Assembly: GCA_964016885.1 (NCBI GenBank)
Contig: OZ024742.1
Coordinates: forward strand, 203,918,001-203,982,000
Direction: 5' to 3'
Source: Eledone cirrhosa
Lineage: Eukaryota
Length of the DNA: 64,000 bases
Both the position numbers and the translations under genes were made by a program. This document shows, piece by piece, positions 61,401-64,000 of the stretch; position 1 is the stretch's first letter; the number at the start of each line of letters is the position of its first letter. The notes under the pieces are model-generated. The model searched no databases and was not told where the DNA came from. It was given only the letters and a program-made list of their open reading frames with translations.

Positions 61401-64000
61401 GGCAACCATGTGCATTCGTGGACAGCTTAACATCTCATTGTCCCTTTCTCTAATGAAGAACCTCTCTAAATACGATCTAGATGTCCCGCTGCGGTTTGCC
61501 CACGTCCACTGTGGTGCAGTCGGGAAATCCAGTCGATACCTATCGGCCAGTTGGAATCGGCCGATTAAAGTTTTGAGGCTGTTGCACCCCCTATACTGGG
61601 ACATGCTCTCCCATAGTCCCATCGTGCATCTAGGATACCATTCCAGTCCCCCACTAAAAGTAAGGAGCGAGACGTTCCCAGAAAAGACTCTAGACGCTTA
61701 AAGAAGTCTGGCCGTGATTGCGATTGCCCGGTCGGGGCATAAACGGCCAGTAGTCTGAAGGCTCCATCTCCAATACTGTTCACGTCTAGGACTACCAGTC
61801 TACCCTCCGGGTCCAAGTGTACTTGCTGTACTTCGACGTCCAGGTTCTTCCGAAAATGACAGCCACACCATCTCCACCTCCTGGCTGACAGAGATGCGTA
61901 GATCTCAAAGTCGTCGAAGATGGGGGTTAGTTGCTGCCTGTTGTGGATCCTGGACTCGGTGATGGCTATCACATCCATACCGTATGACCTAAGGTCGTTT
62001 AAAAGTTGTCCCTGTTTCTAGGGCATCGCTAGGCCACGCACATTCACGCGTCTTCACAATTTGTAAACTAGCCATGTTGGTGAAGAAGAGTTGGAGAAAA
62101 AGGATGAAAGGTGCACTTACCTTTTCGTTTCCTGGAGATCGGGTTGTTCAATCTCCATGTGGGTGCTGGATGGGGTGTTGGGTGGGGTGGGGAAACATTT
62201 TAACAGGACGCGGTTGATGGGTTTCTGGCAGGGGTTGCCCACGTCCTGTGAAAATTTATTTTTCAGGTCATTATAGGTTTCCATAGAAACCCTTATAAGT
62301 TTAAATTGTGGAGACGATTCTGCCTTGACGAAAGTTTTGCCCTCCGTCTCCACCTTGGGGTTTTGAGAGATGACCTCCATGAAACTCTTGTTGTTTGTGT
62401 TGATGTATGCGTATTGTTGTTTGTGTTTTTGTTGTGTTGTTTTAGTTTGTTGTTCGTCCGGGAGTTTTCTTTTTATGGTGGGTGCTTGTGATTTGGGTGG
62501 TGTTGGTGTTGGTGTTGGTTTTGCTGATAGGGGGATGTTTGACTGTGGTGTTGTTTGTGTCTGTGGTTGTGTGTTGGTGTTGGTGATTGGAGTTTTGGGG
62601 GTTTTGTGGTGTCTCTTTTTTTGTTTTTTAGATTTCCGCGGCTCTCCCTCTTCTTCACTTAAAGAAGGAAAAGCAGCTTCATCCGTCGATGAATAATCAT
62701 CGTTAGGTGTGTGAGGTAGGGGTACGTTGTGTGGTGTTTCGGTGTGTGTGTTTGTGGTAGTGTTTGATGGAGTGAATGGGTGGGGCTGTGTTCTTCAGGG
62801 GTTTTTTCTGTTGTTGGTTAAGTGTCTGTTTGTTTTAGTGTGGTTGCTCGTTTCGTCTGTCGTTGTACTTGTGGTGGTGGTGGTTGTTTTGGTGTTGGTG
62901 TTGGTAATAGTGTTTTTTTAATGATGTTGTTGTGTGTTTGTGAAGGACAAGAGGCTTTTAGGTGTGCTGTGCTACCACAGCGAAAGCAATGACATTTTCG
63001 TCCTTCTACAGAAATATTTATTTTGTTGTTATCATCGATGACGACTCTTTCGGGTATTTTGGAGATTCTCTCCGGTCTCATTTGCAACAGAATCTCCAAA
63101 TCAGTACCCGCCCACCTTTGTCTAATAGATTTTCGTATCGAAAGAATCATATCAGTTTCTGGCTCTACGAAGCCAGCCAAGATCCACCAGATGTTAATGT
63201 TTGGGGGTATATTTTTTATTTTTATTTTTTGTGTCCTTTTTCCCATGTATGTAGGGAAAAAAGGTGAATGCTTTTGACACCACTGGTGTCACAGAATGTT
63301 TTTGGGCGAGTGACTCGCTTTTAAACAGTACGGAGACACTTCCGTACTGTTTACCTCTTTGGAGAAAATCGATATTTGCTAGAATTTCCTTGAAAGTAGC
63401 TTCTATAGCTGCTTGACTAACACATATCGGCTTTCTCGTGGAATTGGACAGTCCTAAAAGTGACTGATCTTCGAACTGTGTCTTCCTTTATTTCAAGGGG
63501 TGAGTTAATTCTAAACCCACAAAGTTACAAATTTTCTCCCTTGCTGGAGCATATTTCTTGCATTGGAGATGTCAAGATTTATAAAATCTTGTTTTTTGTT
63601 CACTGTTTCAGCGAAACACATTTTCTTTTTTTGTGTGGTGTTGCTGTTGTTGTTGTTGTTATCGTTGTTAGCCTCGGTGTTGGAAATCTCAGTTCCTTGA
63701 CGGGGTGAAACTTTATGTGTAGATGTATCAGTAGAGTTGTTGATGTTTATTTCATGTGTATGTATGTTAATAGGTTTAATTTCTATGTTTTCATGTGAGT
63801 TGGTGTTAAGTTTCTCCGCTTCGACGGTAGAAATTGTACAATTTTCGAGTGGTAAAATTTGTTCCTCTTTGTTGACAGTCGTATCTATGGCGACGTCCAT
63901 AGTAACAGAAGCAGATATAACGTTAAAATCTGCCTCTTTGTCTCTCCTTTCTCTATTGACGTTCTCCAGCGTTCCCTTCGTGTTATTCATGTTTTATAAT
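58420..64000 (-). mobile_element. Near full-length Tx1/L1-clade LINE, both ORFs disrupted
   Basis: ORF1 pieces 62117-63990 (CFRCGSTAHLKASC). ORF2 runs from ATG 62075 to 58656 with APE, RT (AYADD) and a C-terminal CPRC...HC. The 3' UTR has AATAAA followed by (TCTA)n. Confidence 0.95.

Overview
Repeat-saturated eukaryotic DNA, most likely from an octopod cephalopod. This is inferred from a SINE I recall as the dominant Octopus family and from massive (TA)n/(TG)n/(GA)n tracts. No prokaryotic features are present, and most ORF-track entries are microsatellite read-through. The window holds two long Tx1/L1-clade LINEs plus fragments, many Penelope-like elements (PLEs; C-terminal GIY-YIG types and one probable Naiad-type RT fragment), three non-autonomous Helitrons, a decayed mariner, two MITEs and tRNA-derived SINEs. 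It may also hold a few small host exons. The main hidden signal is type I hammerhead ribozymes. Reading by eye, I find about 19-20 sequence-distinct motifs in roughly 35-40 copies, mostly in short non-coding fold-back modules sitting in (TA)n. They include a circularly permuted ~470-nt retrozyme-like unit, cores with a compensatory U3-A8 pair, a conserved U4A variant and stem II domains of 50-115 nt. All folds and alignments were read manually and boundaries are approximate.
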